Shown in pieces: positions 1-12,064 of a DNA stretch of 56,057 bases. The notes under the pieces are model-generated. The model ran no database searches, was not told the origin of the DNA, and saw only the letters and a list, made by a program, of their open reading frames with translations. The stretch spans positions 56,673,838-56,729,894 of the forward strand of contig NC_090384.1 of the NCBI RefSeq assembly GCF_036365525.1, written 5' to 3'. The DNA comes from Heterodontus francisci. Taxonomy: Eukaryota. The position numbers were made by a program, and so were the translations under genes. How positions within the stretch are numbered: the first letter of the stretch is position 1; each line of letters opens with the position of its first letter.

Positions 1-344
1 TGTGTTTTGGTGTGTGTGTGTGTGACCAAACCTGGGTCAGCAGGCCAGTCGTGTCACTACCTTTTTCGGAACAACCTGCCCAGCGAGGTTTTGTGGATTC
101 TTTCAATCTTAGTACACATCCTCAGTACGGGGCTAGAATGCTGACTTTTACACATCCAATGTCTTTTGATCAAAATCCATTTGCTTAATTGAATCATGGA
201 GCAGTTCCATTGTCTTCCCCAGTTAACTGTCTTTTAGCAGCCATGTTTTCAATCCAGTAAGAATTTAAAATTAATGTTCTATATGATGAAATTAATATGC
301 CTCAATCTTGGCGGTGTTGTTTTCTTCACAAAAGTTTCACATCT

Positions 345-718
345 TTTGAAACATATTCTGCCTTTCCAGTCTTACTACCAAAGTGAATAACCTCACATTC
401 TACTTCATCTGCCACTTGTTGCCCACTCACCTACCCTTGTTGCCCACTCACCTACCCTGTCTATATCTCTTCGCAGCCTCTTTCTGTCCTTCTCACAGCT
501 TACATTCCCACCTAGCTTTTTATCATCAGGAAACATGGATAGATTACTCTTGTTTTCTTCATTTAAATTATTAATATAGATTGTAAATAGCTGATGCCCC
601 AGCACTGATCCTTGTGGTATTCCAATAGTTACAGCCTCCCAACTTGAAAGTGCCCTGTTTATCCTTACTATCTGCTTCCAGACCGTTAACCAATCTGCCA
701 TCTATGCTAATATATTCT
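345..718 (-). mobile_element. CR1 LINE reverse-transcriptase fragment (decayed)
   Basis: ORF 405..701 reads GIPQGSVLGHQLFTIYINNL...FPDDKKLGG...LRRDIDRVGEWA, matching the CR1 GVPQGSVLGP/FADDTKLGG motifs. Confidence 0.9.
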
Positions 719-1789
719 CTTCTGTCTGGTCTGCCAGTGTAACAAGTAGTCTGAAGTCAACCATGTCTGATTAATTTGGAAGAGTACCTTTTTAAAAAAA
801 ATCCTCCTTTGTACTAGGATCATCATTAAAGCAGAATTAGACGTGCAATTAATTTTTTTCTATTAATCTGAGCTGCTTTACAGACTAGGGTTGACAGGAG
901 CTTTATTAGGTTAATTTCTCATGCAGAATTTTATATCATGGATTCATGGTCTGAAGTTACTGCATAAAACATTTCAGAACTTGCTTTGTAGCAACTGTTG
1001 TACAGTGTTTGCTGTGTTGATCTGCTCATTACTGTTGCTTCACTGTAATTTTCCTAAATAAACACAAATCAGTTTTTAAGCCTAAACTGTGTGGTCTGCT
1101 GGCAAGGTGGTTTCCATTGGTTCTGAGAAATTTAGTAAACACAGTGGATAGCCTGTATTATATCCGCTTAAAACTTGAATGAACGAAGGGGCCATTGTGC
1201 AAAACATCAAATGTTGGTTTGTAAGATCTATGGAAGCTGTATTGGAAATGGATTTTAACTGTAAATATGAATGCTGCTGACTGGAGCTCTGCACACGTAT
1301 GCATGTACACATGAAGATTGCAGGGCTGAGCAAAGACTGATGTGGAACTGACTATTTAATTGCGTGCTGTTAGATAACATTATTCTAAAGTGGACACTGG
1401 TGCCACATATCACAGTACGTTAGGATGTAGGTTCATATCTACTGCAAGTTCTCTTTCAACCATGTTGTAGTGGGAGGAACAGAGAATCTGAGGGTGATCC
1501 ATCTGTTAAACTCTTGTGAAACAGTATCTGGCTCAATAGCAGAATTAGTCTGTTCCTAAGACTTGGAGGAGACTTTGAAGTGTGTTGAATGAAGGCGAAG
1601 GGGAAAACTGGTATATAAACCTAAATCTTTTGAGATCATATCAATGGGCTAGGAAAATTTATACTTTAATGCAAACTTGTCCCACCAGTTTTCTACCACC
1701 TTCTTTCCTATTGGTACTAAATCATATTGGGCTGCTCTCTCTCACCTCACAACAGTACCCATTCTTTATTTTGAACCAAAATTGTAATT

Positions 1790-2040
1790 GCCAGCTGGGG
1801 TTGCGTCGCACCTGAGCTAGGTCCTATAGTCCCGACATTCACCCATGCACTTTTTCCAGTAGGTTCACTGGGTAGTTATCAGGAGTAGAAACCATGGTGG
1901 ATTACTCTCTCTTTCCTTATCTCAGGGACATGAAAGTCAATAGTAGTACCATTTCATCCTGGGTGAAATCAACCAATTCCGACCAAACCAGGGATTACGC
2001 CTAGGATTTCCCTGGTCTGGAAATCTTGAGTATCACACTA
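1790..2040 (-). mobile_element. Old tRNA-derived SINE fragment (unnamed family, related to 42960-43350)
   Basis: Reverse complement resembles 42960-43230 by eye (gaccagg...cc(t/c)agg...tgat(t/c)tca...ctgat...ctactggaa). Confidence 0.5.
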
Positions 2041-2621
2041 AAGTACAAAAAAACTGACTAATAACCCAAGTGTTATTTGCAGTGGTTAATCTGTTCATGA
2101 TATGAAACCAGACAGCAAAAAGAGCTAGAGATTATTTATTGCAGTGGTTTTGAACATGTATTTGATATTTATTGCATTTAAGCTTCATATTTATCAAATC
2201 CAGTTTCACTATCCTTGCTTGAAACCTCCATATATATCGTACAGCATGATCTAAGCTTCAATTAACAGAAAATGTTTAAGTATTGTAATCACCAGACAAT
2301 GTTTAAATAATGTGAATCAAAAGTTTATATCTGACCTTGTGCATCCACCTTTACATTTGCAGTGCTGGAGTTAGATGCGTGAAGTTCCCACATATCACAT
2401 GTTAAGTAACTTGATGCCAAATTTGAAGAGAATAAGAGATGGATGCTTTTAAACCTTGCCTAATTTAGCAAGATACTGGTTTTAACCTTGCTCACCAAGT
2501 AAACCAGAGAATCAAAGTTAGCAATAAATGCTGTGACCATTGCTTTCAGGGGTAAAACCAGAATGTTTTGGCTTTGTCCATCTCCAAGAAAAATAGTTCC
2601 AAGGCAATTGGAACAACACAT

Positions 2622-2730
2622 GAACTGCAGCAGTTCAAGAATGTGGTTCACCATCACTTTCTCCAGGGCAATTAGGGATTGACAATAAATGCTGGCCTTG
2701 CTAACAATGTCCAATTCCATGAATAAATAG
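2622..2730 (+). mobile_element. 3' tail of the CR1-group LINE seen at 17612-19960
   Basis: ctgcagcagttcaag...caccatcac...aattagggattgacaataaatgctggcct matches the reverse complement of about 17640-17720. Confidence 0.8.
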
Positions 2731-3869
2731 TTAACATTATTGTAATGGTGCACATGTGGAATTTCTGGCTAAACTTAATGCAAGGTTTTTTTTCCTTCAA
2801 GATTTCAATAAATTGGAATGTTGGATGTGTGACGTTTCCATGTTCTGTTCACTTAAACAGTGATAAAACCATTGGTGTGGTTATTCATTTGTCCCTCCAA
2901 ACTGGATTATGTTTGGAGAGCATTCTGAGTTCCATAATCACTAAGATGCTTTGGGTTGGTCACCAGTTGTGGTAAGAATAGCTTGAAGTGGGTCATAAAT
3001 CAATGTTCCATTTCTCATTTATCAATATGAATGCCCTTTTTACCCTTTTTGTACTTCAGAACAAAAGCCCGTTCCCGTCCTGCCCCACTCTCTGCCCATT
3101 CGCAAAAAATAGGTGTGTTCTGACCCAGTAACTTGATAAAAGTGACCGTGTTCAAAACCAGGTATTCAAGGTCAATTCATGGTTGCCTTTGGTGAATTTT
3201 GTAAGATCTCAGTTGATGACTAAATTCAGTACTTGGTGGAGCACTGTGACCTCATTTGGACAGGAAGAGAGAATGGAAAGTTAAGCAAGCCAAATCTACC
3301 CTGTTAGTGTGTGGCCCGAGTAGGGTGTGGGAGAAACACACCCTAGAGATAGTGGTAGTGAAACCCTCAGCTCAAACACCACCCCACAGTCCATTCTAAA
3401 TATACCCAGCTCAAAGAGAGAAGCTGGTACCAGTGGAAGATTTAAGGGGATAAGCAAAATTGGGGTTAATTCTTTCATGGCAGAATATTTTTCTTGTTTA
3501 AAAAAAAAAGGGCTTGCAATAGTGTTGTGTTTAACACTTGCTTCTGCAGCATGGGTAATGGGAGTTTATTTTTAGCTTTCATGAAGCATATGCATTGGTT
3601 AGTTCATGAACTATGATTATTTTCTTTTTCATGAATACATAAATTAAATTTTTCACCAAATTGGCAAGGTAGCAGGTGGTAAAGCAATTTCTAATTCCCT
3701 GGAAATGAGACAGATGGGGTAATCCAGTTGGAAATGAAGTGAAGAGGTCCGTTGTCTTTTTAAAAAAAAGTCTTTTGATCAACCAGTAAATGTGTTTCTC
3801 AACATCGAACCATTTCCCATAGGTAACTGTCATACTCTTGCAGAGGTATTAGAATAGTCTCTTTTACCC

Positions 3870-4250
3870 CTCTCAATAGTGCTACTTTCTCCTGAAGATG
3901 CTGACTACTGTTCAGGACCCTTCTCGTTCCTTGCCTGCTTGCCATTCTTCATACATGAGTCTAGTCAGTGAGCATTAGCAAGCTGTTTGACTTATGGTTG
4001 GGTCCTAAGAAGTGGCGAACATCACAATTGATGTTCTGATCTCTCCAGTTGTCCACAAATGAGGGTTTTTTTCCCAGTGGGCGCCGCTAGATGACACGCT
4101 GGAAAGGGTTGATCTGATTTATTCTTCTCTGGCCTGCAGCTCTGCTTCAAGCTGTGCCACTGCTACTTGTACCTTCCCCCTCAGGTAACTAATCTAACAC
4201 CGATCAGGCTCAATACCACAGAGGCATGTAGGTCAGCTTGATCTTGTGTA
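3870..4250 (-). mobile_element. Old tRNA-derived SINE fragment (same family as 42960-43350)
   Basis: Shares blocks (cctgaag...tgact, tagtcagtgagcattagcaagctgtttgac) with 25660-25920 and 51550-51850. Confidence 0.45.
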
Positions 4251-5252
4251 TCTATCCTTAGATTTACATAATTTCTGGGCCATGAATTCCATTTGTGCTG
4301 TTGCTACAATTTGGTTTTCACATTTAATTTGCATCTGCAATGATATAACTTTGTGAGAAAACCCAGCTGAATCTCTGTTCAATTCGACTCATTCTTTATT
4401 CTTAACTTCTTCTACTAATTCCTCCAATTAATTTCTCCTGTTACAAATGTGTTGTCTCCTGGTCTGATGGCAGTTACAATGTATGGACCAAGTGATCGCT
4501 GTCCTGTGAAAATATTTACCAAACAAAAACTGCACAAGAATTTAGAACAATCATTGTAATTCAGTGATCTTTTTATCTTTCGTTAACTACTGATCACCCT
4601 TCGACACTTCCTAGTGCCTGTCTTAAGTGCTTTTCTACTTATTCTCATGCTTCTACAAGGTGATTCTCAACCAGCTTCAACTTGAGACGTAAAGGTTGCT
4701 GGGCCTGCAGTGCGAAGTCTCAAGGTGGCTGTGATTGATGACCTTGAGGAGGTTGACTGTAGAGTATGACATCTCGGCTGTTGCTGGGGCAGTCTGGCCC
4801 AGCTGATTTTGTGGCACTAGGACTGGCACTGGGTGAGGGCACAACAGGGAAGAATGTATGCATTCATCCTGAGAGAGGATAGCAGGTACCTCTCCCATGG
4901 TGCCACTGTCACTTGCATGGGGTGTTGCCTCAGCACTCCCAATGACCTGAGGGGAACAGAGTGGAGGAGTGTTTTGACATCTTGGAAGCCCCTGTCTGTG
5001 CTTTCTTTCAAGTACAATAAGCTACAAAAAATGGTAGAGCCCAGAGCTTGCATTGCTAAGAGATGCTACCACTGGTCTCAGAAACTCCTGGATAATGGGA
5101 CCAACTGCAGTCTGCATAGACATCTGCATATATGCTCCATAGTTCACTGCAGTAACTCAAAGTCATGCTTGAGTGCTACACACAAGTCAGAAGTAAACTT
5201 CTCCATTTTGGCTACAATGTTACATAGCCCCCTGACAAGGGTAAGAGTAAGT

Positions 5253-7028
5253 TCTTTTTTCTTTGGGCTTCCTTATCTCGAGAGACAATGGATACGCGCC
5301 TGGAGGTGGTCAGTGGTTTGTGAAGCAGCGCCTGGAGTGGCTATAAAGGCCAATTCTGGAGTGACAGGCTCTTCCACAGGTGCTGCAGAGAAATTTGTTT
5401 GTTGGGGCTGTTGCACAGTTGGCTCTCCCCTTGCGCCTCTGTCTTTTTTCCTGCCAACTACTAAGTCTCTTCGACTCGCCACAATTTAGCCCTGTCTTTA
5501 TGGCTGCCCGCCAGCTCTGGCGAATGCTGGCAACTGATTCCCACGACTTGTGATCAATGTCACACGATTTCATGTCGCGTTTGCAGACGTCTTTATAACG
5601 GAGACATGGACGGCCGGTGGGTCTGATACCAGTGGCGAGCTCGCTGTACAATGTGTCTTTGGGGATCCTGCCATCTTCCATGCGGCTCACATGGCCAAGC
5701 CATCTCAAGCGCCGCTGACTCAGTAGTGTGTATAAGCTGGGGATGTTGGCCGCTTCAAGGACTTCTGTGTTGGAGATATAGTCCTGCCACCTGATGCCAA
5801 GTATTCTCCGAAGGCAGCGAAGATGGAATGAATTGAGACGTCGCTCTTGGCTGGCATACGTTGTCCAGGCCTCGCTGCCGTAGAGCAAGGTACTGAGGAC
5901 ACAGGCCTGATACACTCGGACTTTTGTGTTCCGTGTCAGTGCGCCATTTTCCCACACTCTCTTGGCCAGTCTGAACATAGCAGTGGAAGCCTTACCCATG
6001 CGCTTGTTGATTTCTGCATCTAGAGACAGGTTACTGGTGATAGTTGAGCCTAGGTAGGTGAACTCTTGAACCACTTCCAGAGCGTGGTCGCCAATATTGA
6101 TGGATGGAGCATTTCTGACATCCTGCCCCATGATGTTCGTTTTCTTGAGGCTGATGGTTAGGCCAAATTCATTGCAGGCAGACGCAAACCTGTCGATGAG
6201 ACTCTGCAGGCATTCTTCAGTGTGAGATGTTAAAGCAGCATCGTCAGCAAAGAGGAGTTCTCTGATGAGGACTTTCCGTACTTTGGACTTCGCTCTTAGA
6301 CGGGCAAGGTTGAACAACCTGCCCCCTGATCTTGTGTGGAGGAAAATTCCTTCTTCAGAGGATTTGAACGCATGTGAAAGCAGCAGGGAGAAGAAAATCC
6401 CAAAAAGTGTGGGTGCGAGAACACAGCCCTGTTTCACACCACTCAGGATAGGAAAGGGCTCTGATGAGGAGCCACCATGTTGAATTGTGCCTTTCATATT
6501 GTCATGGAATGAGGTGATGATACTTAGTAGCTTTGGTGGACATCCGATCTTTTCTAGTAGTCTGAAGAGACCACGTCTGCTGACGAGGTCAAAGGCTTTG
6601 GTGAGATCAATGAAAGCAATGTAGAGGGGCATCTGTTGTTCACGGCATTTCTCCTGTATCTGACGAAGGGAGAACAGCATGTCAATAGTCGATCTCTCTG
6701 CACGAAAGCCACACTGTGCCTCAGGGTAGACGCGCTCGGCCAGCTTCTGGAGCCTGTTCAGAGCGACTCGAGCAAAGACTTTCCCCACTATGCTGAGCAG
6801 GGAGATTCCACGGTAGTTGTTGCAGTCACCGCGGTCACCTTTGTTTTTATAGAGGGTGATGATGTTGGCATCGCGCATGTCCTGGGGTACTGCTCCCTCG
6901 TCCCAGCACAGGCATAGCAGTTCATGTAGTGCTGAGAGTATAGCAGGCTTGGCACTCTTGATTATTTCAGGGGTAATGCTGTCCTTCCCAGGGGCTTTTC
7001 CGCTGGCTAGGGAATCAATGGCATCACT
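5253..7028 (-). mobile_element. RTE-clade LINE, 5'-truncated, very young
   Basis: Unbroken RT ORF; A-rich 3' tail (aagaaaaaagaa on the minus strand); flanking direct repeat GAGTAAGT at 5245-5252 and 7029-7036 (TSD). Confidence 0.95.
5310..6878 (-). CDS. RTE LINE ORF: reverse transcriptase plus C-terminal zinc finger (endonuclease lost by 5' truncation)
   Basis: 522 aa with NYRGISLLS, QCGFR, FIDLTKAFD, GVKQGCVLAP, LLFADD, FTYLGS, LLYGSEAW and CSTCGRACHSRIGLYSHSRRC; frame stays open upstream to the truncation at about 7031 (LSDAIDSLASGKAPGKD). Confidence 0.9.
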   Translation of the reverse strand: MRDANIITLYKNKGDRGDCNNYRGISLLSIVGKVFARVALNRLQKLAERVYPEAQCGFRAERSTIDMLFSLRQIQEKCREQQMPLYIAFIDLTKAFDLVSRRGLFRLLEKIGCPPKLLSIITSFHDNMKGTIQHGGSSSEPFPILSGVKQGCVLAPTLFGIFFSLLLSHAFKSSEEGIFLHTRSGGRLFNLARLRAKSKVRKVLIRELLFADDAALTSHTEECLQSLIDRFASACNEFGLTISLKKTNIMGQDVRNAPSINIGDHALEVVQEFTYLGSTITSNLSLDAEINKRMGKASTAMFRLAKRVWENGALTRNTKVRVYQACVLSTLLYGSEAWTTYASQERRLNSFHLRCLRRILGIRWQDYISNTEVLEAANIPSLYTLLSQRRLRWLGHVSRMEDGRIPKDTLYSELATGIRPTGRPCLRYKDVCKRDMKSCDIDHKSWESVASIRQSWRAAIKTGLNCGESKRLSSWQEKRQRRKGRANCATAPTNKFLCSTCGRACHSRIGLYSHSRRCFTNH

Positions 7029-7714
7029 GAGTAAGTAATGGTGCCTTTTCAGGTGTAGATTTTCCCTCTCCCCCCACCACCCCCGCCCCCCCCCCCCACT
7101 GTCAATGAGCCTCGAACTTTGGTAAGACTTGGAAAGAAGGGGATAGAGAAAATGGTTAGTAAGATGGACAATGAAAAAGAATGGTCACTTAATGCAGCAC
7201 CAGAATGTGATGCAGATTCAGTGAGGAGGATGGTTAAATGATGAAACATATATGATTGTAGTCCTCGTCCACTGTGCCACACTTCTTCCTGCCTCACCAT
7301 TTGCATTTGCTCTGGCGCTCTCTCTGCCCAGAAGATACACTGCAGCCTCGTCATCAGATGTCAGCATTTGAAACTATGGAGTCCATCCTCTGGTGAGAGT
7401 CCTCTCCCTGGAATTGTATACAATTTTGATGTGAATGAAGAATCGGAATGTGTTAGTGAGTGTACATCTGTGTATGAAGGTAGAATAGTCTGTCATGTGT
7501 TAAGAACCCACAGGTGCGTGCAAGACAGGGCATTAATAGTGAGAACCGTGGCGGTACCAGAGTTTGGAAGTGTCAGCAGGAGGAGGACCACTGTTACAAT
7601 GATTGGATGGGAGGCATGCGAAGCATGAAGGTCAGGATTTTCATTGGTGGTGATACAGTAATATGATGCAGGGCTGTGCTGACAATGATAATGAACTGAA
7701 TCACAGCATGAGTT

Positions 7715-7925
7715 TAGCAGCCTGGTCATTGAACTTCTTTCTGCACTGTTTCCAGGTCCAAGAAGGTGAACAAGTATTTGCGTGCTCTGTCACTTTGGTC
7801 CAGCTTTGTCTGGCATTGTGGTCTGGCACCCTTTATCATCCAGTGGGATGAGGGTATTCTTCCTCCTGCACACCACCTTCACTGAAAGCTTCAGGGTATT
7901 ATCACAGAACTGGGGTGCTCTCCCA
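7715..7925 (-). pseudogene. Myb/SANT-like DNA-binding domain relic (Harbinger ORF2 type)
   Basis: Manual translation across two frameshifts: GRAPQFCDNTLKLSVKVVQ / RRKNTLIPLDDK / ARQSWTKVTEHANTCSPSWTWKQCRKKFND; W..V and TW.QCRKKFND are typical of these domains. Confidence 0.75.
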
Positions 7926-8614
7926 GTTGTTGTTTTTTTGCCATTCAATACACCAGGCTTCAGCTCAGCTCTGCAATGAATGGTACACCTCCCCTTTCAA
8001 AGGTGCATGTCACCAGGAGAGTGGATCTGTCTGAGGCCCACCATACCCCCAACCTCCATCATGTGCAAGCTATCCAATTAGCAGCAGCATGCACATTGAC
8101 AGCTTTTCCATCTAATTTAAGTGAGATACAAACCTGAAAAAGTGCCTCACGTTGATGCCATCGGGCGAGGGACATGGTCATCTCATTCACTTCGTGCCTG
8201 CTTTGGGCACAAGTTGAAAATTTCCCATGTCTGCTGTGTTGTGAAGCTCCATCAAGTGGCCTGACTGGGAACTACTAGCACTTTCTGAATTTGGATAATT
8301 GAATTAACTGCTACGTAATTGGCAGTCAATTTGCTATCAACTGTGAATTTCTGTTGTGGAAATACTGTGTGTTCGTGATAGTCATTTATGGCGTAAAAGG
8401 AGGCCATTCGGCCCATTGATATTTAATTTAAAAATATTTTATTGGGTAGTGATCTATTACAGTATTTTTTGAAAAGCTCCCAAAATGAAACAAGAATAGA
8501 GAACACATATGTTCTAACTAGATATGAATTTTAAATGAATATGCCTGACTAAATAATCTGTTGTAACTTCCTTTTACTAGTTGTTTAAAATCAGATTCCA
8601 CTAGGTTCCCTGTT

Positions 8615-8725
8615 AGCCCAAATGTACTGTTTGGTGTGTAACCAAGCCATATTGGCCAGCAAGTCCCAGGTTCAATCCTTGCTTGCTAAGTGCTAAGCTG
8701 GTTGATCTTGGCCAGTGCAACATTT
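8615..8725 (+). mobile_element. tRNA-derived SINE head fragment
   Basis: B-box-like ggttcaatcc followed by gctggttgatcttggcca, similar to 43010-43065 and 43430-43470. Confidence 0.45.
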
Positions 8726-9479
8726 TGCAATTGTTATGACTGAGGAAGGAGGAGTGCACTGTTAATTCAGTCCCACTTCTCCACAGGTCACAACATATAA
8801 AGAAAAGAAGGAATAAAAAATACTTAGACTGAAAAAGAAGGTATGGAAGTCCTTTGTTTTGGCGAGATGTCCCAAAGGCAAATAGGTGGCTGTCAGTGAA
8901 ATCTTCCGAGAACCGTTCTTTCCAGGCAATATTGATGAACAGTCTGGATAGGCTTTCAGGAGATGTTGCTACAGAAGGCTTCACATGGATCTTACATCAG
9001 GTGTGCATTAACCAAGGTTTCAATTTTCACCCATTCTATGCAAAGTTCCTTCAAAGGTGCAAGGTTTCTTCAAATACAGAAGGCAACAGTACAATTTCAT
9101 GCAGGGATTCTTCCAAGAGACAAAGATATCAGTTGTCGTCTCCTGGCAGACACACAGCAAGTGCTTCCTTCTGTTTTAGGCCAAAAACCAACTGGCTTTT
9201 AACCGTTCAAAAATAAAACCAACTTTTTCTAGAAACAAGTCCTAAGACAACCATAAATCCTGACTTGCCATCGGATGCTAAAGAATTCTGACATTGTTTG
9301 TCCTCTCTTTCCCTTTTGTGGGAATTTACCTAAACTGTACCCAATTTATCTCCTCTTTAGAGGTTGCCCATTGCTTCATTACATTTCTGCCTGCCAGTTT
9401 TTGACTCCAGCTTACTTGGCCAGACCAGTCAGAGAGTAGGATGAAGCAGGAAAAAAAAAGCGAGTGTTTATCATATGTC

Positions 9480-9840
9480 AGCTTGACAAGATTATGACAG
9501 GCTTAGATAAGCTTGTCAAGGAAAAACTGTTCCATTAACTAATGGTTCAAGGACTAGGGGACGCAGATTGAAGGTTTGGGGCAAGAGATGCAGGAGGAAT
9601 ATGAAGAAGAACTATTTTACTCAGCGGGTGGTAATGACCTGGAACACTCTTCCCACAAGGGTGGTGGAAGTGGATATGCTTAATGACTTCAAAAGGAAGT
9701 TGGATGGCCACTTGAAAGAAATACACTTGCAGGGATATGGGGATTGAGCAAGGGAATGGGACTGACTGAGTAGCTCAGTGGAGAGCCAGCAAGGACTCGA
9801 TGGGACACATGGCCTCCTTCTATGCCATAAATGACTAACT
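9480..9840 (+). mobile_element. CR1 LINE 3' end
   Basis: ggactaggggacgcagattgaagg...ttttactcagcgggtggtaatgacctggaac and the terminal gatggg...atggcctccttc motif. Confidence 0.85.
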
Positions 9841-11529
9841 ATGATAATCTCTGGGGCTGCTGTCCCCAACTTGCTAGTGGACGCACAGGGCAGTGTTGGC
9901 AGAGGCCAGGTAGCAGTTTGTTTACCCTGTCAGACATAATTGATGAATTAGCCTTTGGGAGAATGGTTTATTTTGAAAGAAAGTCCTGAAAATGTATATT
10001 TTTTCTTGCCATCCAGTGTTGGGCTTGGGGTGGGTTGGGGCAATGGTTAAATTCATTTATCAAAGGCAAACTAAACTACCTCGAACGTGAACTAATTTGC
10101 AAACTTTGTTTAGTGATGCATCATAATGACCTATTTTGTCTAATTAGTAGAAATATTATTGACACTTGAGTCGAAGTGACAAATTGTTTTCTGTTCTGTT
10201 ATGAAATGAAAGTAACAGTGTTGCGAGGCTTAGTCCTCACTTACAACAGAGTGATACAATGGAAAGACTTGTAAAAGGCTAGACTTTTGGAAGTATAAGG
10301 TGCACTATTCAGATAAGCCTAAAGGCTCCTTCCTTTCAATGGGTTATATAGTTCAAACTGGCTTCACCAGTTTGATGTGAAATATTAGCTTAATCTCAAA
10401 AAGCTGTAGCAGTTTTCAGTGACTTCAAATGGTAGAATTGTTGCAGACTGTGTTGCATACCTTGCATTAAAGAATATAAAAATAAAGCTATCTTTGAGGG
10501 AGATGTTCCCATGGCTAACAAAAATGTATTTATACCAGCCGCCTCCATCTTCATTAGCTGATGGAAGGGTTTTGCAGCGTTCGCAGTACTTTATAGCAGG
10601 TACTGGCAGACTGCCAGAAAAGGCACGACTGCTGATATAAGGCAGGGTTTCTCCTTCAGTTTTCAATAGCACTGTCAATGCAGGAGAAGAGCACATGAAA
10701 GATTTCTTCAGGAATCTCTGAGGAATGCACCTTCCGTTTGTAGCAGAGAAAATGGGTCCTGACTTTTGACAGATTGTGCTGCCTATGGGATTGTGCGACA
10801 TTAGAAAACTGAAAGCTTTCTTCTTTGCTTTGAGTGGCACAGAGACTGAGGCAGGATGTTGGGACGATTTGGATTTTCAAGTCTGCTACCTCAGGTAGCA
10901 CATGCTTTCCATCAAGTACAAGACAGGTCTGTGTAAAGACTGGCATGCTGAAGGTTTCCATTAACGACTGATTGGCATTTATGCTCAAGGTTAAATACAG
11001 TAGAGAACAAATTATGTCTTGTGAAATTTGTGCATGTCTTGTCTAGTATCTGGTTGTAATGGGCACATCATGAAATTTAGTATGTTTTAACCCTTTCTAT
11101 CCAAGAGATTTGACTAAACTGACAGGACTGAACTTGTCGCTTGAAATATCTAATTAATGTGGTTGGTGCAAGACAGTGCATAATCATAACAGGCCCCAGG
11201 GTGTTTGTGGTCTCCATTACATGGATACTGTATTATTAACAAGTAATTTTAGCTATTACAGACTGACCTACTCAGAGCTGTTTACTGGCCAATGGCCACC
11301 ATACTAAATGTGTGCAATCCCTCATTACTAATTAAAAAAAATCCCATCTCTTCCTGTTTGATCCTTACACTTAGAAGATTTTTTAGAATTATTTTGAAAT
11401 AGAATTTGTTTGTAATAAGCAATGCTGTACAGGACTGAGCAATGATGGTCGATTCTCTACTCAATGTCAGAACTGTAAATTGCTGACATCCAGTCTTCAG
11501 TAAAGTTTATTTTCTCCAATTAAACCTTA

Positions 11530-12063
11530 TAAGATTATATGAAATCAAAGCAGGAGTAGGCCATTCAACCCCTCGAGCCTGCTCCATCATGCATTAAGAT
11601 CATGGCTGATCTGGTTGTGGCCTTAATTCCACTTCCTACCTGCTCCCATAACCCTTGACTCCATTGTCGATCAAAAATTTGTCTAACTCAGCCTTGAATA
11701 TATACAACGACCCAACCTCCACTGCTCTCTGGGGAAGAGAATTCCAAAGATTAATGACCCTCAGAGAAGAAATTCCTGTCTTAAAAGGGATTTCCCTTAT
11801 TTTGAAACTGTGGCCCCTAGTTCTAGATTCCCCCAGGAGGGGAAACACCCTCTCAGCATCTACCCTGTCAAGCCCCCTCAGAATCTTAGATGTTTCAGTA
11901 AGACCACCTCTCAATCTTACAAACTCCAATGGGTATAGGCCCAACCTGCTCAACCTTTCCTCATAAGACAACCCCTTCATCCCAGGAATCAGCCTCGTCT
12001 GAACTGCTTCCAATGCAAGCATATCCCTCCTTAAGTAGGGAGACCAAAACTGTACACAGTACT
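11530..12063 (-). mobile_element. CR1 LINE 3' end
   Basis: ORF 11636..12022 RLIPGMKGLSYEERLSRLGLYPLE...SRTRGHSFKI...RVINLWNSLPQRAVE; tail ggagtaggccattc. Confidence 0.92.
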
Positions 12064-12064
12064 G

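Larger units (their letters stand above)
4680..8227 (-). mobile_element. Decayed PIF/Harbinger element (Myb/SANT ORF side), interrupted by an RTE LINE
   Basis: Myb/SANT relic at 7715-7925; possible terminus gggaaattttcaac on the minus strand near 8227; 4690-5010 may be the low-complexity C-terminal part of the same ORF. Outer boundaries are inferred. Confidence 0.45.

Noticed and set aside
4833-5489. 218-aa + strand ORF
   Set aside because: Runs antisense through TE relics and the RTE 3' end; no recognisable domain
8790-9370. Overlapping 120-aa ORFs on both strands
   Set aside because: No domain or splice support; possibly an unrecognised old repeat
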